A stretch of DNA of 63,860 bases, filler included, from Perkinsus olseni (taxonomy: Eukaryota): assembly GCA_013115125.1 (NCBI GenBank). It is 3 parts of 3 records of this genome, joined end to end, with 100 filler letters (N's around TTAATTAATTAA, not from the genome) between each part and the next. Parts side by side here need not be neighbours in the genome. Positions count along the whole stretch, not along the records: positions 1 to 22,062 come from JABANN010000548.1; 2 more parts are not named here. One strand, given 5' to 3'. Position 1 is the stretch's first letter, and each line of letters begins with the position of its first letter. The translations under genes and the position numbers were made by a program. Shown here piece after piece: positions 1-12,484 of the stretch. Below the pieces are notes generated by a model. That model was not told the origin of the DNA and made no database searches. It saw only the letters and a program-made list of their open reading frames with translations.

Positions 1-332
1 TTGAGTGATACTGAGAACAGTGAGATCACTGCAAGGGAGCAAGAGAGCAAGCGCGATGACTCAGTTCTCACACTGCTCAACAAATTCAGCGCGAATGCGG
101 ATCTCCCAGGAGGAGGGTTGTGTGACCTTTGGACTGTCCAGAGGATCGTCCATAGGAGATAGCGCCAGATTACTGTGTAAATTAACTCTGGGCCGGCAAG
201 ACAATTCTAAAACCCCTTGTTCTCGGTGAGAAGTGAGCGCTGTTCCACTAAACTTACACCATTCGAAAGCTCTACAAATTTCTGATGAGCTCTGAACCCC
301 CCGTATCTTCATGATTCGAAACATTGAGGTCA
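1..332 (+). mobile_element. Possible degenerate Penelope-like retroelement 3' end (GIY-YIG C-terminus plus hammerhead-like core)
   Basis: Frame 1 reads SEITAREQESKR...KFSANADLPGGGLCDLW*, resembling the N-x-D-x-G-x-x-L-x-x-x-W tail of Penelope GIY-YIG endonucleases. CTGATGAG (282-289) and CGAAAC (317-322) follow, but the stems are poor. Confidence 0.25.
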
Positions 333-943
333 GCTCTAGACTACTTTTTTTGACTGGACTGTATCACTGACCGTCGCCTCGACGGTAAAGAGGTACTACT
401 ACTCGTGCTGAGTGGGAAGCGGCACGGTCGTGCCAAGGACACATTGACTTTCGTTGACAACACAGTGTCGCCGTAAGAGGGCTTCATGTGATAGCATGGT
501 GCAAGAAACCTGCTCTCATGACACTCGGCGGCGGCCGATGCGAGTCGCAGCGGAAATTTCAGTCAGTAGGATTTTGATTCTGCTTGGGTATCATCAGAGT
601 ATGCAATGGCTGTGGGTGTGTGTAGCGCTTAAGTGACCACATGCCGTGTTTCGGGTATCTGCAACAGGATTCCTGTTCATGCTACACCGCAAGGTAGCAC
701 CAGAGGGTCTTCATTCAGAAGATGATTCCAACAGTCGCCAATGCGGCATTGGCAATGCCGCTCGGGCTGCCGGATCTCCACTCCCGCTGATGATGCGATA
801 GCTATCTTACATACAGTTGTCCAGGCTGCTACAGTGTGCAGCAATGATCAACACAACCAGCAGAAGTGTATCGTACAACTTTGCATCTTAACATGTCAAC
901 ACCGTGGTACAGCATCACAGAGCCAAGCGGTTGATGGTCCGCC

Positions 944-1402
944 CTAATGGGGCGCGACAGAATGCATGTAAGTCTCCATTGATGCTGTTTGCAACGGTAG
1001 CCTTTGACCCCCTACAAAGACACTTATCGTGTCAAACCTTTCAGGATGAATCTGTATAAAGTCGCCATCGGTGACCTCCAAGAAAGCACACTTAGCACGT
1101 ATCTCTTGCATGAACTCATCATACTCATCATCAAACAGGACTTCGTAATCCTCGTCAGACAACAGCCTCACAGGGAACTCTCTATTCTCCGTGTGAACAC
1201 CGTCACAGACCAACCCAACAGTAACCATCGAATCGCCGTTACTATCCTTGAAGAATTCGTAGATGATATCAACTTCATGGTGCCCGACCTTCCATTTTCG
1301 TCCGTATAGACCGTCAAGCTTCCTCCGACGTTGTCCCCCTCCGAGTGAGATCGCAGCACTTGAGTAGAGTAAGCAACAGATGGCACAGCAGAGGCCGCCC
1401 AT
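944..1402 (-). CDS. Small secreted protein, single exon, two-Cys domain with C-x7-GD[FL] motif
   Basis: ATG at 1402 gives a hydrophobic signal peptide (MGGLCCAICCLLYSSAA). The motif YDEFMQEIRAKCAFLEVTDGDF is shared with the genes at 12485 and 41863. Confidence 0.7.
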   Translation of the reverse strand: MGGLCCAICCLLYSSAAISLGGGQRRRKLDGLYGRKWKVGHHEVDIIYEFFKDSNGDSMVTVGLVCDGVHTENREFPVRLLSDEDYEVLFDDEYDEFMQEIRAKCAFLEVTDGDFIQIHPERFDTISVFVGGQRLPLQTASMETYMHSVAPH

Positions 1403-1996
1403 GACGTCGAGCAACACTAAACTGCCGCGGTAAAATTGCAAAGTCAAGGCAGCCTAAGGCTCATTCCACGATCCTGAGCGGTTCCACCCCTCCACAGTTA
1501 CGTACGTACCCCTCCACTACGTATCAACATCATTTCGATATGGTAGCCAAGGACTCGGGACTATGGCTGGCGGCGGCTCAGTTGCTGGGGCCCAGTTCTA
1601 CGCGCTCACCAAGCGCGTACGCCTCTAGAGTCTTCCATACCCGAGCGGCGGAGAACCCAAAGGAGGCTGATGGCCAATGGCAGTTTCAGCCCTGGCGAGA
1701 CGAACCATCAACACATAGCGAGACGCCCCCTTTGTTTCACAATCACCTTGGAATTCTGTTAATCGCGAACGTCTCGAGCAGGCGAGCGAGAATCGATCAA
1801 TGAGCGGCAGTCAGTGAGTGGGCCGATCATGGGAGTCGGGGATGTGTAACCTATAATGGTGGCTCTGTGCAGAGCGATGGTAGACGGCCTGCTCATCAAC
1901 TACTGCGGCCGACTGGAAACGCCACCAATTAACACTCGAAACAAAGATGACGCCGAATGTGAGAAAGGGAATTTCGAATAACAAATAGGGTGGGGT

Positions 1997-4625
1997 CTAT
2001 CTCCTGACAGGAGTTGTAGTCCGAGCGCCGAAGCCTGAATGCTCTCTACTGAGCCTTCTTATCCTTCGAAGCCACCAATGCGTCGATCTCTCCACGTAGA
2101 TGAGGCTTGTAACCGAAGTGGAAGAGCAACTGATTTCAAAGACACCGCTGATGGAGAGGGCCGTCAACAACAAGAAGAACAACCACAGGAGACTTACATC
2201 TAGCCAAATGAAGAACACCGCGCCGTGGGAGCCTTGAAGGAAGAATGGTCCGGCGGGAGGTGTCTTGTGCTCTAGGTACGCATGAGATAACAATAATGAT
2301 ATCCAGCAGGTGACCAGAGTGGCAAGCACTAAAATCCATTCATCCTTCTGAAGTATGTAAACTGCCACGTAGTACCTTGACGAAACACATCGAGTACTCA
2401 ACGGAGGCTGTAAACGAAGCTGAAAATTCTCCAGAATATGATTATCATATCACGGAGCGTCGTTCATCATTAGATACGCCGCTATCAGTCGGGAACGAAG
2501 GGCTTCTAATAGCGGTCCTCTTAGGCATGCCATTCCCATGCCCCTGGTCAAGATGAAAATCAAGCACCGTGCATGAGTGGACAACTGATGAATGATGTAT
2601 AACGGAAAAGAGCCTCGTCCAGTCCTCGAACCGACAACCACATCGATATTAACCTTCCGTCAAACCACTCGACCATTCCCTTGCATGCTATTACCAAAGG
2701 CCCATGAACGGCATATATAAAATGCCAGCAGGAATCTCCATGAAGAGGTAGCTTATCATGTACACAATATTGATGATGACAGAGAGGTTAACTCCGCTAC
2801 CGTCCACTGGAGGTAGGAAGTTGTTCACCAGAAACAGCAAACAGATATAGTGAACGGGCTCCACGATCTGGGGAAGAAACGTCACGACCTCATCCAGATT
2901 GACGGCCATGCAAAGAGCGAGTACTCACCAGATGAACTATCTCGTTGGGCATGTTCCTGTGATACATTTTGAAGGAGACGAACTCCTTACGCAGGTCGAA
3001 GTAGTCCGCAATCGATTGCATGGGGACTTTGAGGAAAAACTAAATGTTGCTGTCACCAGCACGTTCTTCGAAGCTCTGTACAATGCGCCCTTAAGATCAC
3101 ATGAACGACTATGCCGCCTCACGCTAGCTCAACCTCACCAGAACGACTCGTCGGCGCGCCGGTCCTAGCTTGTCCGCAACTTTCGCTTGAACGGTAGTTG
3201 GCCTGTGAACGCATTGCAATAGTGCTGAGAATGTCTTCGCTACCCTGAGATGGAGGAGAGGCCACACCACGAGTGAAGTAACACCAGCGTAAGCAGCCGC
3301 GGGAAAGCCAGTACTGAACACAACACTGGCAGAGCAGTGGTGTGCAACCAAGGACAGCAGAACAACAATAACGCAAACATGACGACACGCTAGTGGGAGC
3401 CTCGGTCATCGGGGGAGGGTACGGATGACTCGGGCACCTGATAATAAGGTATGCGAGTAAAGATCTCGAGGTATATATACTGAAAAGAATATGGCTAGAT
3501 CACAACAGGCTGTGATATAAATTAGTGTAGTCACGATAAGTTGCAGTGTGCGCCCTACAGGGCGATGGTTCGGGAAGCTTCTCATTGGGAGCAAGGCTGA
3601 GTGGGCTTACTCAAAGGTGTAGTAGACGTCTGAGGTGGCGTCTTGTGGACCATCAGCTCTCCTCCGGAATCATAACCGTCGGACAGCCCTCTCGATCGCT
3701 GTGGTGCAGCGCTTCCGATCGACTTTAACGCCAAAAGCACTTTTTGCCTTTTCCGCACCAATACCGGCAAGGAGGGCTTTCGAGGGTACTCATGCATGCT
3801 ACTTTCTTCGCCAAATTTACGGTATTTCAGAGAGTAAATCGCCGCCGGATTGACCTCGCAGTTGTTCTGCGGGTAGCAAGCGCCTGCCTTCAAGCCACGA
3901 GTAGCATGGGAATGGACACCTTGAGCCAGCTTTGCCGCCTCCCTCTTCGTCACGTGTTTCCAGTTATCCCAGCCTCGTCGCAATCCGCCGGCAAAAGTCT
4001 TGCCGTGCTGGTCATAAGCGAGATGAACACGACGCGCCTTGACACCGGAGGGGTATAGACCATCAACGGAGGTCTCGAGGAAGCTGAGCAGGCAATCCTG
4101 GCCACCACGACAGCCGACCATAACGTACTTCTGAAGACTTCGGAAGCCTCGACCGACGTTGACTGGGAGGAAGATTGAGCACGGCCGTCCCTGTCTATCC
4201 CGCGCCCCGAGAGAGTACCCGAAGGCCTCGAGGAAACATGAGTCAGCACTAAGCATTCCGCTGTTACTCGGGCGGCTGATAACAACGACGAACGTGAGTA
4301 CAAAGACCCGACAAAGGACCTACTCGCTGCCAAGTAGCTTTAGTTTCTCTATTTGGTCGTGTCTGTGGACCGAATGGGCCAGCTGTGCTGCTGTCCTTCG
4401 TGTCTTATGTTTGCCCCAGCTACTGATATTGGAATCAACATTCCACAACTCTTCCGGGACCTGTCATCAAGACCATAGCCTGACGGAGCTTCACAGGGAC
4501 CCGCGAAGGGAGACCACCTGACTAGCGGGGTTGTTGGAGGGCAAGTCCTTCATGTCACCACCCGAAGAAGCGTTGTCGGTCGATAGGCCGAAGGATGCCG
4601 ACAGCGTACCACATCCTACGGACAT
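1997..4625 (-). CDS. Multi-exon polytopic membrane protein, possibly acyltransferase-3 (OpgC/MdoC-like); boundaries approximate
   Basis: Several hydrophobic exon ORFs (3406-3594, 2691-2909, 1997-2401). GSFPLYIIHQ resembles the S-x-P-x-Y-I-x-H-Q motif of Acyl_transf_3 and is followed by TM segments. Confidence 0.35.
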
Positions 4626-4897
4626 CACAAGAAAAGGGAAGGAAAATGGAAAATGTCTTGCACGCATGCACAAGCACTGTACAGCGCAGGATGTTTAGCG
4701 CACGCCCGAAAAGTATAGGGATAATTACAGCTCTATGCTGCCCACGTGACGGTAAGCGTTGTTGACGTCGGTGCTGTCGGCTGTAAGGTCGTTCTATAGA
4801 CCGATTCTGGGACGGTGTTTTACGTGTAAAAATAAATTCCAGAATCGACTCTGAGTCTCAGAATTACCTAACTGAACGGGAGGTGAGGCCAGAGGAG

Positions 4898-5005
4898 AAT
4901 TATGGAGCCCGCTGTACCTTGCAATTATGGAGCCCGCTGTACCTTGCAATTATGGAGCCCGCTGTACCTTGCAATTATGGAGCCCGCTGTACCTCGCAAT
5001 TATGG
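4898..5005. repeat. 25-bp tandem repeat, ~4.3 copies (AATTATGGAGCCCGCTGTACCTTGC)
   Basis: Three identical units from 4898, a fourth with one substitution, then a partial unit. Confidence 0.95.
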
Positions 5006-5104
5006 GCTTGTTGTATCCTGATTGATTCCGCTATCCGCGAAGTGGACGAACCATCCGTCGAACCGAATGAACCGAAGTACATTAATATTTGCCGAACCCC
5101 TTTG

Positions 5105-8100
5105 ATGGGATGTCGTCAGTCATCGTCAGTATCGTATCAAACCGGTATCAAACGCGACAACGACGAAGTGCGAGAAGCGGCACTTCAAGCTGTGGGCGAT
5201 GAAGCCACGCAGTCGCCGGACTTAGGTAGCCACAGCCCATACGACACTTCAGTGACCTCATTGAGGGACCCATTCCGCAGTTACCAGAATCGAGCTCAAA
5301 CTAGCGTGTAGCAAGCTACGACGAACCTCCAACTGCCGAGTAAAAGTATACTTAAAGTCCGGCGCAGAAAAGTACCAGCTGATCGGTAGGGCAGCACGTG
5401 ACGAATAACGTCGATTGAAGGAGGGTGCCTGTCAGGCAAAACAGAGATTCTACCCGATACACAAAACCCGACTTTCGCTCAAGGAATCTTCCTCGACTTC
5501 CTCTTTGAAGTGCAGCAAAAGGTTCGCTTTGAAGTGTAGGGCTGCCTGGTGGCATAGTGGTTACCGATGATACCAATCGGTCCAGCACGAACTAGAAAGA
5601 TTTCCGGCATTAGCCGCCTTATGGACCGCATGGTTTACTGATGATGCAGGCGTCCATGCGACAGGTACCATGTACCTCAGAGTACTGGCAAGTCCCGAGA
5701 AAGTGACTTCCTTGGCCTGGCTGAAATGCACCTTGCTGAGATCGTGACCTGCCCGGGAGGCGTCGTCACACGGGAATTGAAGCACTCTACAAGGCCATCA
5801 GGGAACGGTAGAAATCTGCACAATGCCTATCAACGAGCATGCGAGGTTAGGTGACGTAACCATTATAGCGGAAGAAGTCCAAGGAACCAAACGGACAGTG
5901 AAATTCGACATGCGCTGGTGGGTTCGGCCAGTCGCTCTGAGTTGAGCGAAAGTTGGTACTCAGTACTGGCCTCCCTGGGAAGGGAATATTTTCAAAGCCG
6001 CGGTATTACGTTGTGATATCGCGGGCGATGCCAGCCACTGAGGTAGAGAGATCACGAAGGAAGGGTGTATCTCATGTCGAAGCTAGGCACAGTCAGGAGC
6101 ACCTCTACCTGTTGTCTACAGGACTGAGGTTGTTGAAGATACGTCGGAACCTAGTAAGGCTGAGGGTCTTCACTGGACGGTGGTCGGCACCTTGCTGCTA
6201 CTGCTGGAAATACTTAGCGGCAATGCTTGCCTAAGCTCTCGGAACCACCGACGGGTGGCGCCGTGCAGGCCCAGCAGGCGACCGGATTCGTTCTCCTATC
6301 GGCACGCTTCAGTGTGATGACGTAATCTACTGCAATGGGGCCCTCGCTCCAAGCGACAACAGAGCCTTGCTGCTTTGCTTCCACGGACTGAACGGAATTC
6401 ACTCTATTACCCGTGATCGTACATACCGCACCATCACTTCTTCGTCCTCCTTGCAAGTGTGCACTTTCTCTAGGCTTCGCCACCGCAGAGCTGCCCGTAG
6501 AATCTCTTTGCCGTGGAGACCCGGCCAGGAAGATCGTAAGTGCCTACAGTATCAAGCGGCACCTCTCGGAGTCAGCCAGCTTCTTCCCGCAGTTATTCCA
6601 AATGATGGACAAGAAGGGACCCGACAAGCTCATCGGGAGTGGATCGTGTTCCCTCGCGGACCTTCAGGCAGCCGCAATTGAAGAAGTAATCGGACCACCA
6701 TCCTTTCACTTTATATCGGCCTAATAACTTCTAGGCTCCCGTCGTGGTACAGCTGCTACGATCAGACGACAAGGCCGCTGAGGCGGGAGTGCTCACACTG
6801 GACAACGTTGGTGAGTTGTCGAAGGATGACCCTCATCGTGAGATCGATCGGCCTGGAGCAGTGCCTTCCGCCTCCTCAGAGCTGGTCAAGCACGTGTCCT
6901 TCCTAGAGTACATTGAAGGGGGTTTAGAGATCAACCTTATCGTAAGTATCTGCCCCTCATCATCATGCCAGTACAGGTCCCTTCAGGTAGCAATAGATTT
7001 CACCTTCTCTAATGGTGACCCAAACCACCCCTCTTCGTTGCACTACTATGATCCTCACAGTGCCAACGGTGAGGGCTCAGCGTGAATTCCGCGGTTCAGT
7101 CTTGTTCCGGTCCTCGTCAGATTACGTGATGGCGATCAGGGCTGTCGGGGAGATCCTTGAACACTACGATCAAGGTAAGCGCCGAAGACGTTTTTTGTGA
7201 CGGACTATCCTTCAACCTCAGATAAGAAGTATCCTGTCTACGGTTTCGGCGCCAAGTTGCCCCCGGACTACAGCCATACAAGCCACCTTTTCGCATGCAA
7301 TGTGATGATGACTTTCATGAGCAACTATAATTCCGTGGTCAGGGGGATTACTTCCTCCCTGAAGTCGTGGGCGTAGATGGTATTGTTGATGCTTACCGCA
7401 AGGCCCTTCAAGTGGTCCATTTACACGGCCCTACCATGTTCTCTGAAGTAAATTGTGGCGGAAAAATACCCCCACCGATCACTATGTCGTCATAGATAGT
7501 ACAGCTGGCGTCAGGTTGGGCTGAGCAGTATAGTGTAGGAAAAACGGACGAACAGAAGTGAGCCTGGAGCCCTCCTAGCAGAGGTCCATTGGACGCTCCT
7601 GCCCCCTAGATACTTTATACTGTTGATCCTCACAGATGGAGCCATCGTGGACCTCCAGGCTACTATTGATGCTATCGTAAAATACTTACTTCATGCCGAC
7701 TTCTCGAGTGAAAGCTTAACGACTACAATTTAGTTCAGCTGATGGTTCGTGTGAATACCGCAACTTGCGTACCTTGTGGAGAGGGAGGCGGTGAACGAAC
7801 GCCCGTCTGCACTTAGCCAGCACTGGCACTGTATTTTGAAACACAATGGTTGCAACTACTCGTCTCTCTTACTTGTATCAGGTTGAAGCATCGAAAGCCC
7901 CGTTGTCAATCATCATCGTGGGGGTCGGGGATCAAGACTTCGGGATGATGGTCAGTGCTTTACTTGCTTACCAACTCTTTCGTAACTCCCAGAGCCCCTC
8001 CTCCCAAACCTGCGATAAGTAAACCATTCGGGATGTTGATCCTTTCAGAATGTACTCGACGCCGACGACCACCCTCTAGTATCCTCAATCGACCATTCAA

Positions 8101-10107
8101 CCATGGAAAGAGACATCGTGAGCCCCCACATTTCCAGCAACCGTGAAGTCACGTTCAAGGTACAATTTGTACCGTTCAATGAGTTCAAGGACAAGTCCTA
8201 TACTGAGCTTGCCATGGCCACTCTTGACGAAGTGCCGCGAGAGGTCGTCAACTACTATCACAACAGGTAACCTATCATCATCCCTCTCGAGCACGATCCA
8301 TCCCCAGGAATAAAGTCCTCCCGCGACCTAGACGAGATGCCGCCGATGCTAACGACGGTAGAGGGTCGCAGCAAGCCGATTGCTCCGTGCGGGACGTTTC
8401 CGTCAGACCCCCCTATTGGTGACCCGAGTGTCTTCGAAGCACCCAAGTGCATAGAACAGGACAAACGTCGGACTGTGAGGGTCCTGACCAAGGTATTCAC
8501 TCTCCAATTCCCGAGGAATCAACAGAATCTTTGCAGTGCGGGCTGAGTGCGACGGGAGCTGCGAGGTTGGTTGAAGATTCTCTGCCATGCATAGATGATG
8601 AGTACCTCGCAGTAAGCGTTGAGCACTGATCGATGCAACCTCCCTCCCTCATTCCGTTGTCCATCCCCAGGCGTTGGCCAAGCAGCGACTTCGAGAGGAC
8701 AACGCCGCCGCTGGCGGGCCCTTCTATCAGGTGAGAAGCTACGCCGCCAGTACGATCGATGTCCTCTCGACGACTTTACTACCGATCGCTCACATGCTCG
8801 AGCTGTCCCCATGAAAATTAGCCTCTCATACTTATTGGGTCGATGAGACGATTGCCAACGAGTCCACAAGTACACCGCGACTCTTGACCGTGGTAATGCA
8901 GTTGTCGCTGGCATCACAATAAAGGAAGTGCCTTGAGGGAAGGGCTACTCTTAACCCGACACCCTTCTCCTAGGAATACACTCTTATATGGCCCGGTCGG
9001 GGCGTGGCAAGGGGGAGTCATACTCGGCCGACAGACGTGCTTCTCAGTGTCTCCAAACGCTAAAACAACACAATTTGTCCTTCGCTCACGGCATGAACGT
9101 GTCCGTCCTGAGCAGCAGCGAGTTGTCATCGCCCCTGCCCCAGCAAGGCCCTCCGTCCCCCTCCTCCAAGAGTGGTTTTCGGCGAGCGTGTAAGCCGGCC
9201 CTGTCGACCCATCGGTGTTGTCACCCCTGCCCCTCCCCAGCCGCCGGTTCGAGGATGTCCTTCGTTCGTTCTTCCACTCGAGAAGCATTGTCCGTTCGAG
9301 ACGTCGCCGGCGGCTCTTGGGGTGAGAACGACGGAATCAGCCCGGTGTCTGAGGAGGCCTCTGTCGCCCTTCCCAACGCTTCGGGTAGGCTCCATAGCAG
9401 ACTTCACACCTAGCGTCTTCTTGGCAGCCCCTATGTCTCCTGAGTCCGAAGCTCCCGGCGAAGGTCCACCAGAAGGTACGTTCGCTTGGACGAAATTGTC
9501 CTTGTGGATGAGATCTCGTGGCTGCAGGCGTAGCGAGGCCTGAGCTGCAGAATCAAAGCTCTTCCGGCGGCAGGAGCAGCCGCCGGCGCAGCACTGGTCG
9601 TCGACGAAGCTCGACACAGAGGCGCTCTCGCTCTCATATCTCCAGAAGCAGCACTGGCACCATCGCTGTTCAAGACGCAGTGAGTTCGGAAGAGTCTTCG
9701 CTTTTCGCCTTCCATTCTGGCATCATCGCCTGCTCAGGAGTCGGGCCTTTGCAAGGTGTGCTTCGAGAACGCCACCAATACTGTGCTGCTGCCATGTGAG
9801 TGCCGCCTCCGGACTGCCGTTGAAGAGTATTTACTTGGCATTATCAAAGCATTCTCTCAACTACTTTTCTTTTCAATCTGCACTATGAGCCCAATCTACT
9901 TGTGTTCTATACCCACACCTACTACAACGAGGCAGTTCTAGTATCTTCTCCTCCTGTCCCGGGTACTGACGAGCGAGGTGCTCATTAATTTCAGGTAAGC
10001 ATCAATGCATGTGCCTCGACTGTGCTGCCGGGGTCAAAGACAGCACCGGTAAATGCCCGATTTGTCGTTTAACTATCGACACTGTAATCGACGCTATACA
10101 ATCGTGA
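5105..10107 (+). CDS. Copine-family protein (MGC N-terminus, putative C2 region, vWA/copine domain) with C-terminal C3HC4 RING finger; multi-exon
   Basis: Spliced reading gives copine hallmarks SFLEYIEGGLEINLIVAIDFTFSNGDP, YGFGAK, LHGPT, YFILLILTDG, PLSIIIVGVG and ERDIVQFVPF. The C-terminus is CKVCFENATNTVLLPCKHQCMCLDC...CPICR with TGA at 10105-10107. Joining of copine and RING through the 8300-9700 linker exons is inferred. Confidence 0.8.
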
Positions 10108-11309
10108 TGTATGATACTGCTGCTGCTGCGGGCTATACAATTGCCACTGAAACTGGCTTGCTAACTAGTTTTCTGAGTTCTAGTATGCATATGTCGGTGG
10201 ATGAACGGTCATTACGGTGTGGAGACTTGGTCGTGGTAGAATTAAACTGAGCGATGAGCTACCACAACCCGGTCTACATCTTCCCGCTGGCTAGTTGTAG
10301 ATGGATCGAGCCTGTACTTATCACCCACTAAGCTCAGATTGGTTCCGCTCCAGCGACTAAGGCCGACTACAATAGAACCAGATTTCGGGTCGGAGTATCG
10401 TGGAGCTGTACCACGGTCGCGTCCTTACAGAATTTCGGCCGTAGGATCGGTCAAACTCAGCCCCTCATTGGAACAGGCGCTGCCAATCTGGGATGGCACT
10501 TCTCGCTGTTGGTTCTGCTACTGTCATTCTCGCATGTGATACATTCGCGGCGCTCGTTTAACTTTAAACTGCTCGTGTGGCAGACTCCAGTGAGGGTCGC
10601 TGAGGGGGAAGCCATGAGCATGTCTTTGACGTTGGGTACCCTGGCAGGATGTAGGAAGCTCAGCAAACATGCCAAGCATGCCCCACTGGTGTGTGGTGGG
10701 AATGATGGAACCGAAGATCGAGCCAGTCTCCAGGATATACCTAAAACGCTTCTGATAAACCCGCGTAATCTCGGTCCCAGGTTGAACTCGGGAATGAACT
10801 CAGGTGCTGTGAAAGAGCTGATTCGCGATACCGCGTCGTGTACGTTGAGGTCTGGTCATCCACAGCCAGATGGTCCCGAGTAGTTCACCTGGCTAAGTTC
10901 GCCAGGATCAGCAGTGGGAACTCGGCCAGGATCTCCATGGTGCGCGGAGAGAAGACAGTAGAGGAGCTCGACGGAGCGAAGCCAATCGACCGGATTTTGC
11001 GAGAGCATCACTTGCCGCGGACGAGCGAGACTTCTATCTTTCAAGCGATTTCTATTTCCTTCTGCTACATTCAAGCACAATAATCGATCTGAATGATTCG
11101 AAGGGTCACCGTGGTGAGCTGAACTAGGTGACATTGACTTGCACTTGTTCTGTCCGCCACGGCGTTGCGATGTTCAGAATGCTGATGAATAGGGCATCTT
11201 CAGCCTGGACCGGCAGATTGTGTATGCTCCGGAATAGAGAAGGTTGTTCCGTGGATATTCGCGTTGAAGTCACTCGGCACTCCGTACAAGAGCACAGTGG
11301 TCGGCTACA

Positions 11310-11404
11310 TGTTAACCATTTGGGAACTCAAGTCAATGGTTGAGTGGAATCATCAGATTCTATATACAATAACACTGAAGCGTCAAGCTAAGCTAAGGTT
11401 CCAT
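11310..11404. repeat. Dispersed ~100-bp repeat, copy A
   Basis: TGTTAACCATTTGGGAACTCAAGTC(A/T)ATGGTTGAGTGGAATC...TACAATAACACTGA...AGCTAAG...TTCCAT is shared with 15631-15740. Confidence 0.85.
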
Positions 11405-11472
11405 GCTAGTACAGATGAACAACTACTGTACGCTGCGGCAGAGTCAAGAAGGCCGCATTGAGGCGTCCTCAG

Positions 11473-11844
11473 GTGCTTAATAGGGTCAAAGGTGGTGTCC
11501 CCTACCATTTATATAAACTAATTGTTGATTTGAAGCGACGCAAGTCCTTCAATCAACTTTGTTCGGCCCTCATGCAGTATCTCGATGCTCGCAGGGGCTT
11601 ATTGTAGTGCCGGGTAGGCACAACTTTTGGTTTTCCGCCTCTGTTTTGTACGAGGCCCACCATTGAATATTTGCTGTAAAAAAAAAAATAAATAGCAGCA
11701 GCTGGAGCAAGCGTCGGAGGACTGGCGACTGGGACGGTGACCGCGAGGATGGAGGAAGATGCAGATGAAGTCGGTCGAAGCCTTAGAGTAGGAAGACGTG
11801 ATGACTAATTCATGTATTGCTCGTTATTAAGGAACGTTTCAATC
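11473..11844 (+). mobile_element. 5'-truncated non-LTR retroelement 3' end with 14-bp target site duplication
   Basis: TGAGGCGTCCTCAG at 11459-11472 and 11845-11858. Starts with an ORF tail (VLNRVKGG...LMQYLDARRGLL*). The last ~115 bp are near-identical to 43582-43697. Confidence 0.8.
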
Positions 11845-12484
11845 TGAGGCGTCCTCAGCCCTTCGTCGATCAGAACTGTGTCCTCGATGACAATCAGTGG
11901 GCCACACAGTACTAATGCGTAGCTCATCACGAGGATTGATTGTCTTTACTCCCCCACAGCTAGCTCGCCAAATCAGACCCGGATTATCTACCCCAATGAA
12001 GTTATTGGTCGTCGCCTGACATTCACCTCACGTGATGATGTCTCTATAACCTCTGCCGATCACGAGTAGTCGGGGGCTGCTCCCCGATAGCTGCCCAAGC
12101 AACTCTTGGTAGAGAGTCCCTAGTAGAGACCTTTGAAGTCGACCCGGAGGCGGGAGCCCATTTCTCGAACTCTTCCCTCCTTTTGCTTTACGGCTCGCAC
12201 CGGGTACCAACTTCGCACTTCATCAATGATGGGTGTCCACAACCCGCCGAACCCGCTCGGGTAAGGTTAGAAGCATTTTGGGTGGTTGTGCGAAGCGCGG
12301 CCTGTGAAGTGCTGGAAACTTGCCCCTTAGAACAGCAGGGTAGCCGAATCATCCGACCTCCGATAAGGAGATCTCCACATTAGTACACTAAGTGTCTACG
12401 CAACTCGGCAGGAGATCTACACAACAGCCGTTGATTATCATGGGCCTGGGCCAAGTGTCCGACCACCGGACACCGCCTGGGAGT

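Noticed and set aside
4698-4710. 13-mer GCGCACGCCCGAA shared with 33851-33863 in two divergent promoters
   Set aside because: Tens of chance 13-mer pairs are expected in 64 kb (about N^2/2/4^13), so one match is not evidence.
4898-5005. CRISPR-like array
   Set aside because: Units abut directly with no unique spacers, no cas genes are present, and the context is eukaryotic.
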